DNA from: Anthoceros angustus
Lineage: Eukaryota; Plantae; Anthocerotophyta
Assembly: GCA_010909165.1 (NCBI GenBank)
Contig: MU008152.1
Span: forward strand, 372,001-436,000
Direction: 5' to 3'
DNA: 64,000 bases
The notes below the pieces were generated by a model. It ran no database searches and had not been told where the DNA came from. It saw only the letters and a program-made list of their open reading frames with translations. Positions 42,241 through 53,100 of this stretch are shown one piece after another (within the stretch, counting starts at the first letter, position 1; each line of letters starts with the position of its first letter). Both the position numbers and the translations under genes were made by a program.

Positions 42241-44190
42241 GGATCAGCGTGCTGCTAAAGACTGAAGCCACGATTCTGTGATAGCAGCATTGAGAAAGCT
42301 TTCAGTGCGGTCAGGACAGGCGTCATCATACATACATGTTCATGTACAGACCAGGACGCAGACCCGATTCCAGTACTGTGCCAGGACGGGGGAGCATGCG
42401 GAGCAGCATGCATATGCGTATGCATTGGGAGGTGAGACGGCAGTTTTGAGTCGGTCCCAAAAGTTCTTCAGGTGAGTTTCAAGACACAGTCCAGTCCAAT
42501 CCGGAGCTGTTGCGATGGTTACGTGTCCTGAGCTGCAGAGAGCGCATCGCTGTGCGGGAATTCCGAAGTGACACGAAAGTCACGAGACGGAGTCCAGGTT
42601 CCCCCACTGTCCACAGTCCCGGACCCCAAACCGAAAATGCAGTGGCAGGGAACCGGAAATTGGAATGTTCACGATCTTGGCTTGCTTGACATCAGGCATG
42701 AACCCCCAAATCCCATGCCTTCCCGGGGCGGGCCGGGCCGGGCAGGGCCGGATAGGTTGCCTCTCGGACCGGTTCCCTCTTTGTCAGCCAGTCAGATGAA
42801 GCCGATGAACCGGGCAAGACGAGACGCTTGGCAAAGCGTGCCAATTCCAGGCGAACCTCTTTCGAAACGCGTGACTGTCCCATGCACGCAGACCCGTCGG
42901 TGCCAAGTGGCGAGCAAGCGTCCTCCAATGCCATCCCTGCAGGCTGCAGAGCCGAGCTCGCAGTCCGCATGTGCAGAGTTACGGAACCATCGCTTTCCTC
43001 CAAGCCAGTCGCAACTACACACATGCATATGTACAAAGCAAGCAAAGGAGGGGACACACAATTCCGGTGGGTGGCCGTGTTGTATCAGTGTCCTATCCTG
43101 CGCTTGCATCTCTTGTGTGTGGAAGAGATGCTCAGGACTGTACTCGGCAGCCTGGCCGGCTATCGCCTTAGGTTTCGACTGCCCGAGCTCACAAAGCGGC
43201 AACGACAACAAGACGAAGAATAACATCTTTTTTTAATTCAAAGTCTGCTAAACCCTACAAGACAAGGAAGGCGCCACGCTCAATCAGGCTCTGTCACACT
43301 TGCAACCTTGGAGGCGCAAATTGGGGACGACAAAGCCCCGATCCCGCTCCTGATCGCGCGCCTGGCTCTTCCAGTGCGGGCCAACCGCGACAGATGCAAA
43401 AGGGGAAGACGCGCGGCCTGTTCCGGCCCGGCCCGAAAGCTTAGGTTGCAGTGCAAGGTTCTCGGATCGTTGGCGGAGGTGTTACCCGGCCCCGGCCATG
43501 GCCCCGGCGGCGGACAGGACAACGCATGAGTTGGGCCCGCGCAGATTAGTAGCTCATTTAATAAACGATTAAATGCTGCAGGGTGGAGGTGACATGCCTC
43601 CCCCGGGCGGCCCCGCCTGGTAGGTAAACAATGCGGCTTCCGCCATCCCAGGGAGAGATGCGAGGGCAGCGTCCAGCCCGTGGGGCGTGGAGCGTGGGGC
43701 GTGGGCGGTGGCCAGTGGCCACCACGGCAAGACGCCAGGACAGAGCCCAGAGACAGAGCCGGGCAAGCATCCCGTACCGTCGCGGGTACTTCCGCGTACG
43801 GCCCCGAATTCCGCACCAGCAACGTCAGTCGCAGGTAGGGAAGGTGCCCCAGGTGCCATGTGCATCTCGTCCAGGCGGCACTCGGGGCTGGGAAGGCAAC
43901 CGCAACTGCAACCACAGGCCTCCTCCGGATACCACCCGGGCTATGGCGCTGTCACTGCGTCCCTGCAGCGACGCTGGGCACAGCGCGCCGCTCGCCCGCT
44001 CGCCCGCTCGCCCGCTCGACCGCTCGACGCTCGGCTCCAGGCCTGGAGCTGGTGCAGGCGCCATCGCTTCCATCGCCCCCTTTAAGGCGACCGCGGCCCA
44101 GCCAGGCCATGTTCATGCTCGTCTCAGAGTCTCCTTCCTTCCCGTCACCGGCGCCTGCTCAGCTCCCTCGTTCTCCTTCCTGCTGCAGCC

Positions 44191-45877
44191 ATGGCTGCCC
44201 TGCAGCAGCATTCCGTCTGTGTGCCTGCGGGGTCGCTGGAGACGACGACGACGACGGTCACCGTGGTGGGCGATGGATCCGGAGGTGACGGGACGGGCGA
44301 TTGCAAGGCCCCGGAGCCCAGCCACGGGCGGCTGCTTCCTTTGGGGAAGTTCCTCATCGTGTACGGCTGCATGTCTACCGGGACGCTGCTGGGCGCGCTG
44401 GATCAGACGGTGGTGGCGACCATCCTGCCCCGAATCTCCACCGACTTCGGCGCGGCGCGGGACATTTCCTGGGTGGGCACGGCCTTCCTCCTCACCTCCA
44501 CCTCCTTCCAGCCCATCTTCGGCTCCCTCTGCGACGTCCTCGGCCGGAAGGCCTCCTTCCTGCTCTCCATGATGCTCTTCGCGCTGGGCACGCTGGCGTG
44601 CGGGCTGGCGCCCAACATCATCTCCCTGGTGCTGGCGCGGGCGGTGGCGGGGCTCNTCGGACGTGGTGGTACTCCGGCACAGGGGGAAGTACCAGGGCAT
44701 CCTCCAGGCCGTGAACGGGGCCGGGAGCTTGCTCGGCCCGCTCGCGGGGGGGATCTTCGTCAAGACCCTCTCCTGGAGATGGGCCTTCTACTTCCAGGTG
44801 CCCATCGCCGGGGCCGCCTTCATCGCCTCCCTCTTCTTCCTGCCCAACACCGGCAAGCCCGCGGGGAGCCTGCGGGAGCGATTCAAGACGCTCGACTACA
44901 CCGGGATGCTGCTCCTGGTATCCGGCACCTGCATCTTCATGACGGGCATCACGTACGGCGGATCCACCTACCCCTGGCACCACCCCATCATCATCTCCCT
45001 GCTGGTGGCCGGCCCGGTGGTCATCCTCGCCTTCGTGTACAACGAGTCCCTGGTCGCCGTGCCCATCATCCCCGGCAGCATCTTCAGCATCGCCGCCGTC
45101 GACCTCATCTTCTGCGCCAACTTCCTCTTCGGCCTCGTCTTCTTCTGCTCGCTCTACTACCTCCCGCTCTACTTCCAGGTGGTGTCCGGGCAGGACGCGC
45201 TGCAGTCCGGGATCTCTCTCATCCCGCTCACCGTCACCTGCATCTTCTTCTCCTGGTGCAGTGGCCTCATGACCTCCCTCACGGGGAACTACAAGGTGTC
45301 GCTCATCGTGGGCTACACGCTCATGCTGGTGGCGTCCGGGCTCATCTACACGCTCGACAAGCACACGCCCAGCCCGCTCGTGAAAACCTACATGCTCATC
45401 ATGGGGTGCGGGATGGGCTGCCAGCTGCAGAACTCCCTGGTGGCCGCGCAGTCCGCCGTGCGGAAGAAGGACGTGGCTCGCACCACCGCCGTGCGCAATT
45501 TCTTCAGGAACTTCGGGGGCGTCTTCGGGCTGGGGATCTCGTCCGCCATCCTCAACACCACTCTCAAAGGCGGCATCAACGCCCTTCTGGGCCCCATCCT
45601 GCCCGACGTCACCACGGATCAGATCATCGTGTCGCCCCTCGACCTGCAGGTCTTGGGCTTGAAAGACGAGCACGAGGACATCGCCGTCAACGTTTACGTC
45701 AAAGCCCTCAAGCTCGTGTTCCTGGTGTGGATCCCGGCTTCCGCCGTCTGCTTCGTCTGCGGCTGTGTCGTCCCGTCCTACGATCTGGACCGCGCCGACG
45801 ACGGCGAGCCCCGACGAAAGCCTTACCTCTGCTCGCCGCCGAGGCATCCGGCGGTCGCGGCTGAACCCAAGCCTTAA
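44191..45877 (+). CDS. Intronless DHA2-family (14-TMS) MFS drug/H+ antiporter, fungal/bacterial type; assembly gap (n) at 44656
   Basis: GALDQTVVATILPRISTDFGAARDISWVGTAFLLTSTSFQPIFGSLCDVLGRK; after the n, SDVVVLRHRGKYQGILQAVNGAGSLLGPLAGG...SWRWAFY...DYTG...YYLPLYFQVV...SGISLIP...AVRNFFRNFGGVFG. The frame change coincides with the single n. Confidence 0.9.
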
Positions 45878-46959
45878 AGCTTTAGTTTCGTTTTCGTTAT
45901 CGTTAATTAGCCTAGCCCATTTTTGGTTTCCTTACTCCGGGCTCGCTTCGGCGTCAGACAACTTTTTCCAGAGCTCCTCGACTCCATAGCTCCTCGACTC
46001 TTACGACCTTTCTTGTGAATGACTCTTCTCTGGCTCTGTAAAGGTATCAGGCTTGCCTAGGCAGCGGCAGCGGCAGCGGCAGCAAGGCCCTTATTACACC
46101 TTTCTTTTTTTTGATACTGGTGCAGAAATACCTCCAGGGTCTCACTTATGAACGACAGCCTTTCCACACCGAGTCCTTGCTGTGTGCTGCAGGGCTATGA
46201 TGCTGCCGGCCTGGCCTGGCCAGACGAACAATGAACACACACTAGGCTCTACTGGTACATATGCCTACGGGCTGCCACAGACGCTGCTGCGAAAGCGATG
46301 AAGGCAGACACCTGCACTGACCGGCCAACGGGACCCCTGACACACGCTCACGCTTCCTGCGAGGCCGCCGATGGACAGTGATAGGCACACGGCACACATG
46401 CACACATGCACAACAGGCAACCCAGCAGAGAATATTAATTGCTTGCAAGGTCAGGACGCAGGAACTTAGAAGCTCCGCAGCAGACAGGCACAGCCTCGTT
46501 CATTGCTGAATGCGTTTTTTGTACAAGGTAGCAGAGCCCACTACATATAGCGGCGGCATGCTACTAAGATTGCCAGGCGCCCGAATCCCAGGTGCCTGCA
46601 GTTGCTGCAAAGGCCACCTGCTCTTAAAATACGAACACTTCAATCTAACCACGCAGATCAAATTCATCTTCACACCGTCTTGCTTCTTCACCCGCACAGT
46701 CCCCTATGTATGTATGTGTACCAGATACATATGTGTGATCCGGTTATGGTGATATGTAGAGGGCTGTTGCCGGGAGCCATGGTTGTCTGCCCGCCCCTGT
46801 ACCAGGATGCCCTTGTGGGGACAATGGCGGTGGGGCGACCGGAAACATCGGTGTCAGGAGTGTCAGTTGGCGTGAATTTTTATACGCATAGGGCGTCCCA
46901 GAAGGACGTGTGGCTCACCAGCCCTTCTTCCTGAAGAAAGAAGAAACCAGCCTTCGTGG

Positions 46960-49755
46960 ATGGCGGAGCTGGCCGTTCCGGGCGGTTGTGCCCCACTGGC
47001 GAGCTGGAGCTCGGTGGACGCTCGTCATTCTCGGGGGCCGGCAGGATGTGAAACGGAGGTATCGTCTGAAACTGTGCGCAAGCTATGCCAGCAGGGGCAG
47101 CTCGATAAGACCGTTGAGGCTCTGGGAATTCTGGTGCACTCCGACTGTCACGTCTCCAAATCTCTCTTTCATACGGTCCTCAGAGAATGTGTGGTTAAGA
47201 GGGATCTGTATCTGGGTCGCCTAGTCCATGCTCTGTCTGTGAAGGAGGGATACGAGTCGGACACGTTCTTATGCAACCACATCCTGAGAATGTATGGTTC
47301 CCAAGCCAGGTTGGGGGAAGCGATGGATGTGTTCACCAAGGTTGCCAAACCGGATGCCTTCACGTGGTCTGCCCTGATTTCTGCGCATGTGAAACACGGG
47401 GAAGATAAGCAGGCCATAGAGCTGTATCATCGGATGCGCAGGAGCAGTGTGACGCCAGATGGCCATGTCTTTGTAGCAGCGCTTCAGGCTTGTGCGCGAG
47501 GGGCGGACTTGGAATCTGGGCAGCTGGTGCATGCTGATGTAGTGGCCAGTGGCGTTGAGCCTGATTTGTTCGTCTGCAGTGGCTTGGTGGACATGTACGC
47601 AAAGTGTGGCAGCTTGGAAGACGCTCACAGAGTGTTTGACGGGGTGCCTTTCAAAGATGTGGTGATGTGGAATGCCATGATAGCAGGATATTCCCAGCAG
47701 GGCATGGGTGAGGAAGCCCTTGCTCTTTACACTGCAATGCGACAAGAAGGCATCGCTGCACCCAATTCTGTGACATTTGTCTCCCTCCTGCAGGCATGTG
47801 CAAGTGTGGGCAGCACGGCTTTGGAGAAGGGGAAGCAGCTTCATGGAGAAATTAGAGATCGTGGACTGCGGGCTGATGTAGTCCTTGGTGGGAGCCTTGT
47901 GAACATGTACGCAAAGTGTGGCAGCCTAGGGGATGCCCGGTGCGTCTTTGACCGACTTTCTGAGAAAGATGTCGTGACGTGGAACGCCATGATAGCAGGG
48001 TACTCACAGAAGGGCAAGGGGGTGGAGGCTCTTCATCTTCTCAATGCTATGCAACACGAGGGCATGGTTGCACCCAGTGCCTTGACATTTGTGTCCCTCT
48101 TGCAGGCATGCGCAAGTGTGGGCACCCTGGCTATAGACGTGGGGAAGCAGCTTCATGCACATCTTAGAGAAAGAGGGCTTCAGACTGATGTCTTTGTGGC
48201 CAACAGCTTAGTAAACATGTACGCAAAGTGTGGGAGCCTGGAAGATGCGCAGGAAGTGTTTGACGGACTCGGTCAGAAGAATGTGGTGACGTGGAATTCA
48301 GTGATAGCAGGGTATTCTCAGCAGGGCATGGGGCAGGAGGCCCTTCGTCTGTACAATGCCATGCAAGAAGCAGGCATCATTGTACCCGATGCTGTGACAT
48401 TTGTGTGCCTCCTGCAGGCATGTGCTTGCTTGTCCACCGCCGGTTTGGAGAAGGGAAAGCATCTTCATGCTCAAATTAGAGAACAGGGACTTCAAGCGGA
48501 TGTCTTTGTAGCCAGCAGCTTGGTAAATATGTATGCGAACTGTGGAAGCGTAGATGATGCTCGGAGCGTGTTTGACGGACTCGCTGAAAAAAATGTTGTG
48601 ACATGGAATGCCATGATAGCTGGATATGCCCAGCAGGGCTTGGGGCATGAATCCCTTGCTCTGTATAGGGCTATGCAAGAAGAAGGCATGCCTGCACCTG
48701 ATGGTGTGACATTTGTGTCCCTCCTACAGGCATGTGCAAATGTAGCAGCTTTGCATCTGGGAAGGCAGCTCCATCAACAGATTAAAGAACAAGGGCTTCA
48801 AGCGGATGTCCTTGTAGCCGGCAGTTTGCTCAACATGTATGGGAAGTGTGGTAGCATGGTTGATGCGCAGCGTGTATTTGAGGCATTACCCGAACGAGAC
48901 GCAGTCGCTTGGAATGCACTGATTGCAGGCTACACTCGTCAAGGAGACAGTGAAGTGGTCTTTGACTTGGTTCCCAGAATGAAAGAGGATAGCATACAGC
49001 CAGACAGCATAACGTTCCTTAACGTACTAACGGTGTGCAGTCATACAGGCCAAGTGAACAAGGCGCAAGAGTACTTTGAGGCAATGAGCGCAGACTATGG
49101 CATCATTCCCACGACAGACCACTACACATGCATGGTGGATGTCCTGGGTCGTGCGGGACTTTTGGACAAGGCACTAACTGTAGTAAGAACAATGCCTGCC
49201 CTGCCTGATGCTGCTGTTTGGCATACTCTGCTAGCTGCTTGTCGAAAGTGGAGCAACGTGGAGGTGGGGCGCCATGCTTTTGATGAAGCAGTGAAGCTAG
49301 ACAAGCAAGATGACGCTGCATATGTGTCAATGTTGAATATTTACACAGGGGCCCAGATGTGGAAGCAGGCAAAGGAGATGCAGGAGAATAGAATGAGAAA
49401 CAGGGCATGGAAGCAGCCAGGCCAGAGCTGGTGGACAGACATGGATGGGCTGGTGCATAGCTTTTTGGTTGGGGATCAGAGGCATCCTGGAAGTAAAGCA
49501 GGAGTGAGCAATCACCTTATGTCTGAATTGAAGACACAAGGGGTTGTGTCGAATTCGGAGTCTTCCCCGCCAGACGTAGCTGATGATGAAAAGACTAATC
49601 ATTTGTTTGATCACGTTCTAACGCAGTGTAAAGTAGTTGCCCTGACTAAGAGCAGCCCAGGGGATCTCGAATTTCAAGGTTTGCTTCGTTTACGGTATGG
49701 CCATGGCCTTCACATCGAAAGTAGAGAACCAATCCATGCTTCTCAGTGGTGCTAG
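46960..49755 (+). CDS. PLS-class PPR protein with E domains and PGxSWW box; DYW domain degenerate/frameshifted (organellar RNA-editing factor family)
   Basis: 931-aa intronless ORF of P-L-S triplets (VVTWNAMIAGY / VTFVSLLQAC / ANSLVNMYAKCG), E1/E2, KQPGQSWWTDMDGLVHSF, then DVADDEKTNHLFDH. Confidence 0.93.
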   Translation: MAELAVPGGCAPLASWSSVDARHSRGPAGCETEVSSETVRKLCQQGQLDKTVEALGILVHSDCHVSKSLFHTVLRECVVKRDLYLGRLVHALSVKEGYESDTFLCNHILRMYGSQARLGEAMDVFTKVAKPDAFTWSALISAHVKHGEDKQAIELYHRMRRSSVTPDGHVFVAALQACARGADLESGQLVHADVVASGVEPDLFVCSGLVDMYAKCGSLEDAHRVFDGVPFKDVVMWNAMIAGYSQQGMGEEALALYTAMRQEGIAAPNSVTFVSLLQACASVGSTALEKGKQLHGEIRDRGLRADVVLGGSLVNMYAKCGSLGDARCVFDRLSEKDVVTWNAMIAGYSQKGKGVEALHLLNAMQHEGMVAPSALTFVSLLQACASVGTLAIDVGKQLHAHLRERGLQTDVFVANSLVNMYAKCGSLEDAQEVFDGLGQKNVVTWNSVIAGYSQQGMGQEALRLYNAMQEAGIIVPDAVTFVCLLQACACLSTAGLEKGKHLHAQIREQGLQADVFVASSLVNMYANCGSVDDARSVFDGLAEKNVVTWNAMIAGYAQQGLGHESLALYRAMQEEGMPAPDGVTFVSLLQACANVAALHLGRQLHQQIKEQGLQADVLVAGSLLNMYGKCGSMVDAQRVFEALPERDAVAWNALIAGYTRQGDSEVVFDLVPRMKEDSIQPDSITFLNVLTVCSHTGQVNKAQEYFEAMSADYGIIPTTDHYTCMVDVLGRAGLLDKALTVVRTMPALPDAAVWHTLLAACRKWSNVEVGRHAFDEAVKLDKQDDAAYVSMLNIYTGAQMWKQAKEMQENRMRNRAWKQPGQSWWTDMDGLVHSFLVGDQRHPGSKAGVSNHLMSELKTQGVVSNSESSPPDVADDEKTNHLFDHVLTQCKVVALTKSSPGDLEFQGLLRLRYGHGLHIESREPIHASQWC

Positions 49756-50192
49756 TCGAGGCGATGTGTAAAAGTGTGACGCGGCGAGACCTCACCCTTC
49801 AGGATGGGAGTCGCTGGTTTCACGTCGTACCCCAAGCTGTCGTCACATCAAAATGCGTAGTACATCAAGTCCCCCCTTGCGACGGTGTGTGCAGAGAGTA
49901 TGTAGGTAGTCCTTTCCGATGGAGATGCCAGACGCGAATTCGAATGTATGCAAAACTGGGCCTCTTAGAGCCCTAGGCCCAGCACGTGCTCCTGGCAGCA
50001 TGGCTTTCTGGAGCGATGCAATTGAGTCACGAACACAGCAACAGCATCCCTGGTGGGCACAGGTTCTGTGTACCCAAGTCGCTCGGAAGGGTTCCCGCTC
50101 AGCCGACTCAAGGATCCAACCGCTGGGAACAAACGATGGCTCAACGGGGAGCAGTCAAAGTCTGCTGAGATAACACCAACACGAGCTCCCAT

Positions 50193-53100
50193 TTGCCTGA
50201 ATGCCCGAGTCTCAGGAGGTCGTCAGAGTGGCTTAGTAGATTCTACGAGCCAGCTTGGGTGGATCCAAAACTGGCTGCTGCTCCGGTGGATATGCAAATG
50301 GGTTGTGCTACCCCTACATCGAGCTGGACCGTGCCGGATGCTCTTGACACTCGCAAGCCTGCAGGTTATGAAAGTGGTGTAACTGCCCAAACCGTGCGCA
50401 AGCTATGTCAGCAGGAGCAGCTCAGTAAGACTGTCGAAGCTCTGGGAGTTCTCGTGCACACAGACTGTCCTGTTTCCATCTCTCTCTTTCATACTGTACT
50501 CAGAGAATGTCTGTCGAGAAAGAATCTGCATCTTGGCCGTCGTGTTCATGCGTTTACCGTGAAGATGGGGTATGAGTCGGACACGTTCTTGTGCAACCAC
50601 ATTCTGCGAATGTATACTTCGCATGCCAGGTTACTAGAAGCTATGGATGTGTTCGCTGAGGCTGCCAAGCCAGATGCTTTAACGTGGTGTGCAATAATAT
50701 CTGCGCATGTTAAACAGGGACAAGATAAGCAGGCCATTCAACTGTACCAAAGGATGCGCAAGTCCGGTGTGAAACCAGATGGTCATGTGTTTGCAGCAGC
50801 TCTTCAGGCTTGTGCAAGGGGAGCAGACCTGAAATCTGGGCAGCAGGTGCATGCTGATGTGTTGGATAGTGGCATTGAGCCTGATTTGTTTGTATGTAGC
50901 GGCTTGGTGGACATGTATGCTAAGTGTGGCCGCTTGCTAGAAGCTCAGAAAGTGTTTGATGGGCTTCCTCAGAAAAGTGTGGTAACGTGGAGTGCCATGA
51001 TTGCAGGGTATGCCCAGCAGGGCATGGGGCAGCAGGCTCTCCACCTCTATAAGGCTATGAGAGAAGAAGGTATTGTTACACCAAATTCTGTGACATTTGT
51101 GTCTGTCCTACAGGCATGTGCAAGTGTGGGTACGCTGGCTTTGGAGAAAGGGAAGCAGCTTCATGCAGAAATTAGAGAACAGGGACTTCAAGCCGATGTA
51201 GTTGTAGCCAATAGTTTGGTAAATATGTATGCAAAGTGTGGCAGCATAGCGGATGCTGAGGTTGTGTTTAACGGGCTTCCTCAGAAAGATGTGGTGTCAT
51301 GGAACATTATGATTGCAGGATATTCCCAGAAAGGCATGGGGCCCGAAGCTCTTCATCTCCTCATGGCTATGCAGGAAGAAGGCACAGCTGCACCCAATCC
51401 TGTGACGTTTGTGTCACTCCTGCAGGCATGTGCATGTATGGGCACCCCAGCTTTGGAGAAGGGAAAGCAGCTTCACACACAGATAACAGAACGAGGGCTT
51501 CATACCGATGTCTTCGTAGCCAATAGCTTGGTGAACATGTATTCAAAGTGTGGGAGCCTAGAGGATGCTCAGGGAGTGTTTGACGGACTTGGTCATAAGA
51601 CTGTGGTGACTTGGAATGCCATGATAGCCGCATATTCCAGGCAGGGAAGGGGGCATGAGGCCCTGCGTCTTTACACTGCTATGCAAGAGGAAGGCATTTT
51701 TGCACCTGATTCTGTGACATTTGTGTGCCTCCTGCAGGCGTGTGCGTGTCTGGGCACCTCTGGTTTGGAGAAGGGAAAGCAGCTTCATGCACGAATCAGA
51801 GAACTGGGACTCCAAGCTGATGTGTTTGTAGGCAGTAGTTTGGTAAGCATGTATGCAAAGTGTGGCACCCTAGAGGATGCTCGCGGGGCGTTTGATGGAC
51901 TTGGTGACAAGAATGTGGTGACGTGGAATGCCATGATATCAGGATATTCGCAGCAGGGAATGGGGCAGGAGGCTCTTGATCTCTACCATTGTATGCAAGA
52001 AGAAGGGATTGTTGCGCCGGATTCTGTGACATTTGTGTCCCTCTTGCAGGCATGTGCCAGTGTGGGCGTCATTGCGTTGCAGAAGGGGAAGCAGCTTCAT
52101 GCACATATTAGAGAACAAGGACTTCAATCTGATGTGGTAATTGCGAACAGCTTGGTGAACATGTATGCAAAGTGTGGAAGCTTGGAGGATGCTCATGGCG
52201 TGTTTGATGGACTTCCTCAGAAAGATGTAGTGACTTGGAATGTCCTGATATCAGGATATTCCCAGAAGGGGATGGGGCTGGAAGCTCTTCATCTTCTCAG
52301 TGCTATGGAGGAAGAAGGCATGGCTGCACCCAATTCTGTGACATTTCTCTCTCTACTGCAGGCATGTGCAAGTGTGGGCACCCTGGCTTTGGAGAAGGGG
52401 AAGCAGCTTCATGCACAAATTAGAGAACAAGGGCTTCAGGCTGATGTGTTCATCGCCAACAGCTTGGTGAACATGTATGCAAAATGTGGTAGCCTAGAGG
52501 ATGCTCAGCGCATGTTTGATGGACTTTCTCAGAAAGACGTGGTGACGTGGAATGCCATGATAGCAGGATATTCCCAGCGGGGCATGGGCCATGAAGCCCT
52601 TCGGCTTTGCGGGGCCATGCAAGAAGGCTTGACTGCACCCGATTCTGTGACATTTGTGTGTCTCCTGCAGGCATGTGCATCGTTGGGGAGCCTGGCTTTG
52701 GAGAAGGGAAAGCAGCTTCATGCACAAATTAGAGGACAAGGACTTCAAGGTGATGTGACTGTTGCCAGCAGTCTATTAAACATGTACGCAAAGTGCGGCA
52801 GCCTAGAGGATGCTTGGGACATATTTGAGGGGCTCAATGAAAAAAATGTGGTGGTGTGGAGCGCCATGATAGCAGGGTACTCGCAGCAGGGCATGGGGCA
52901 GGAAGCTCTTGGTCTTTACAGGGCTATGCAAGAAGAAGGGATTGTTGCACTGGATCCTGTGATCTTTGTGTGCCTCCTTCAGGCGTGTGCAAGTGTGGCA
53001 GCTTTGCATGTGGGTAGGCAGCTACATTCACAGATTGAAGATCAGGGGCTTCAAGCGGATGCTGCGATAGGAAGCAGTCTGATAAACATGTATGCGAAGT

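Noticed and set aside
44113-45847. Long alternative-frame and antisense ORFs over the MFS gene
   Set aside because: Expected by-product of very high GC3 codon usage.
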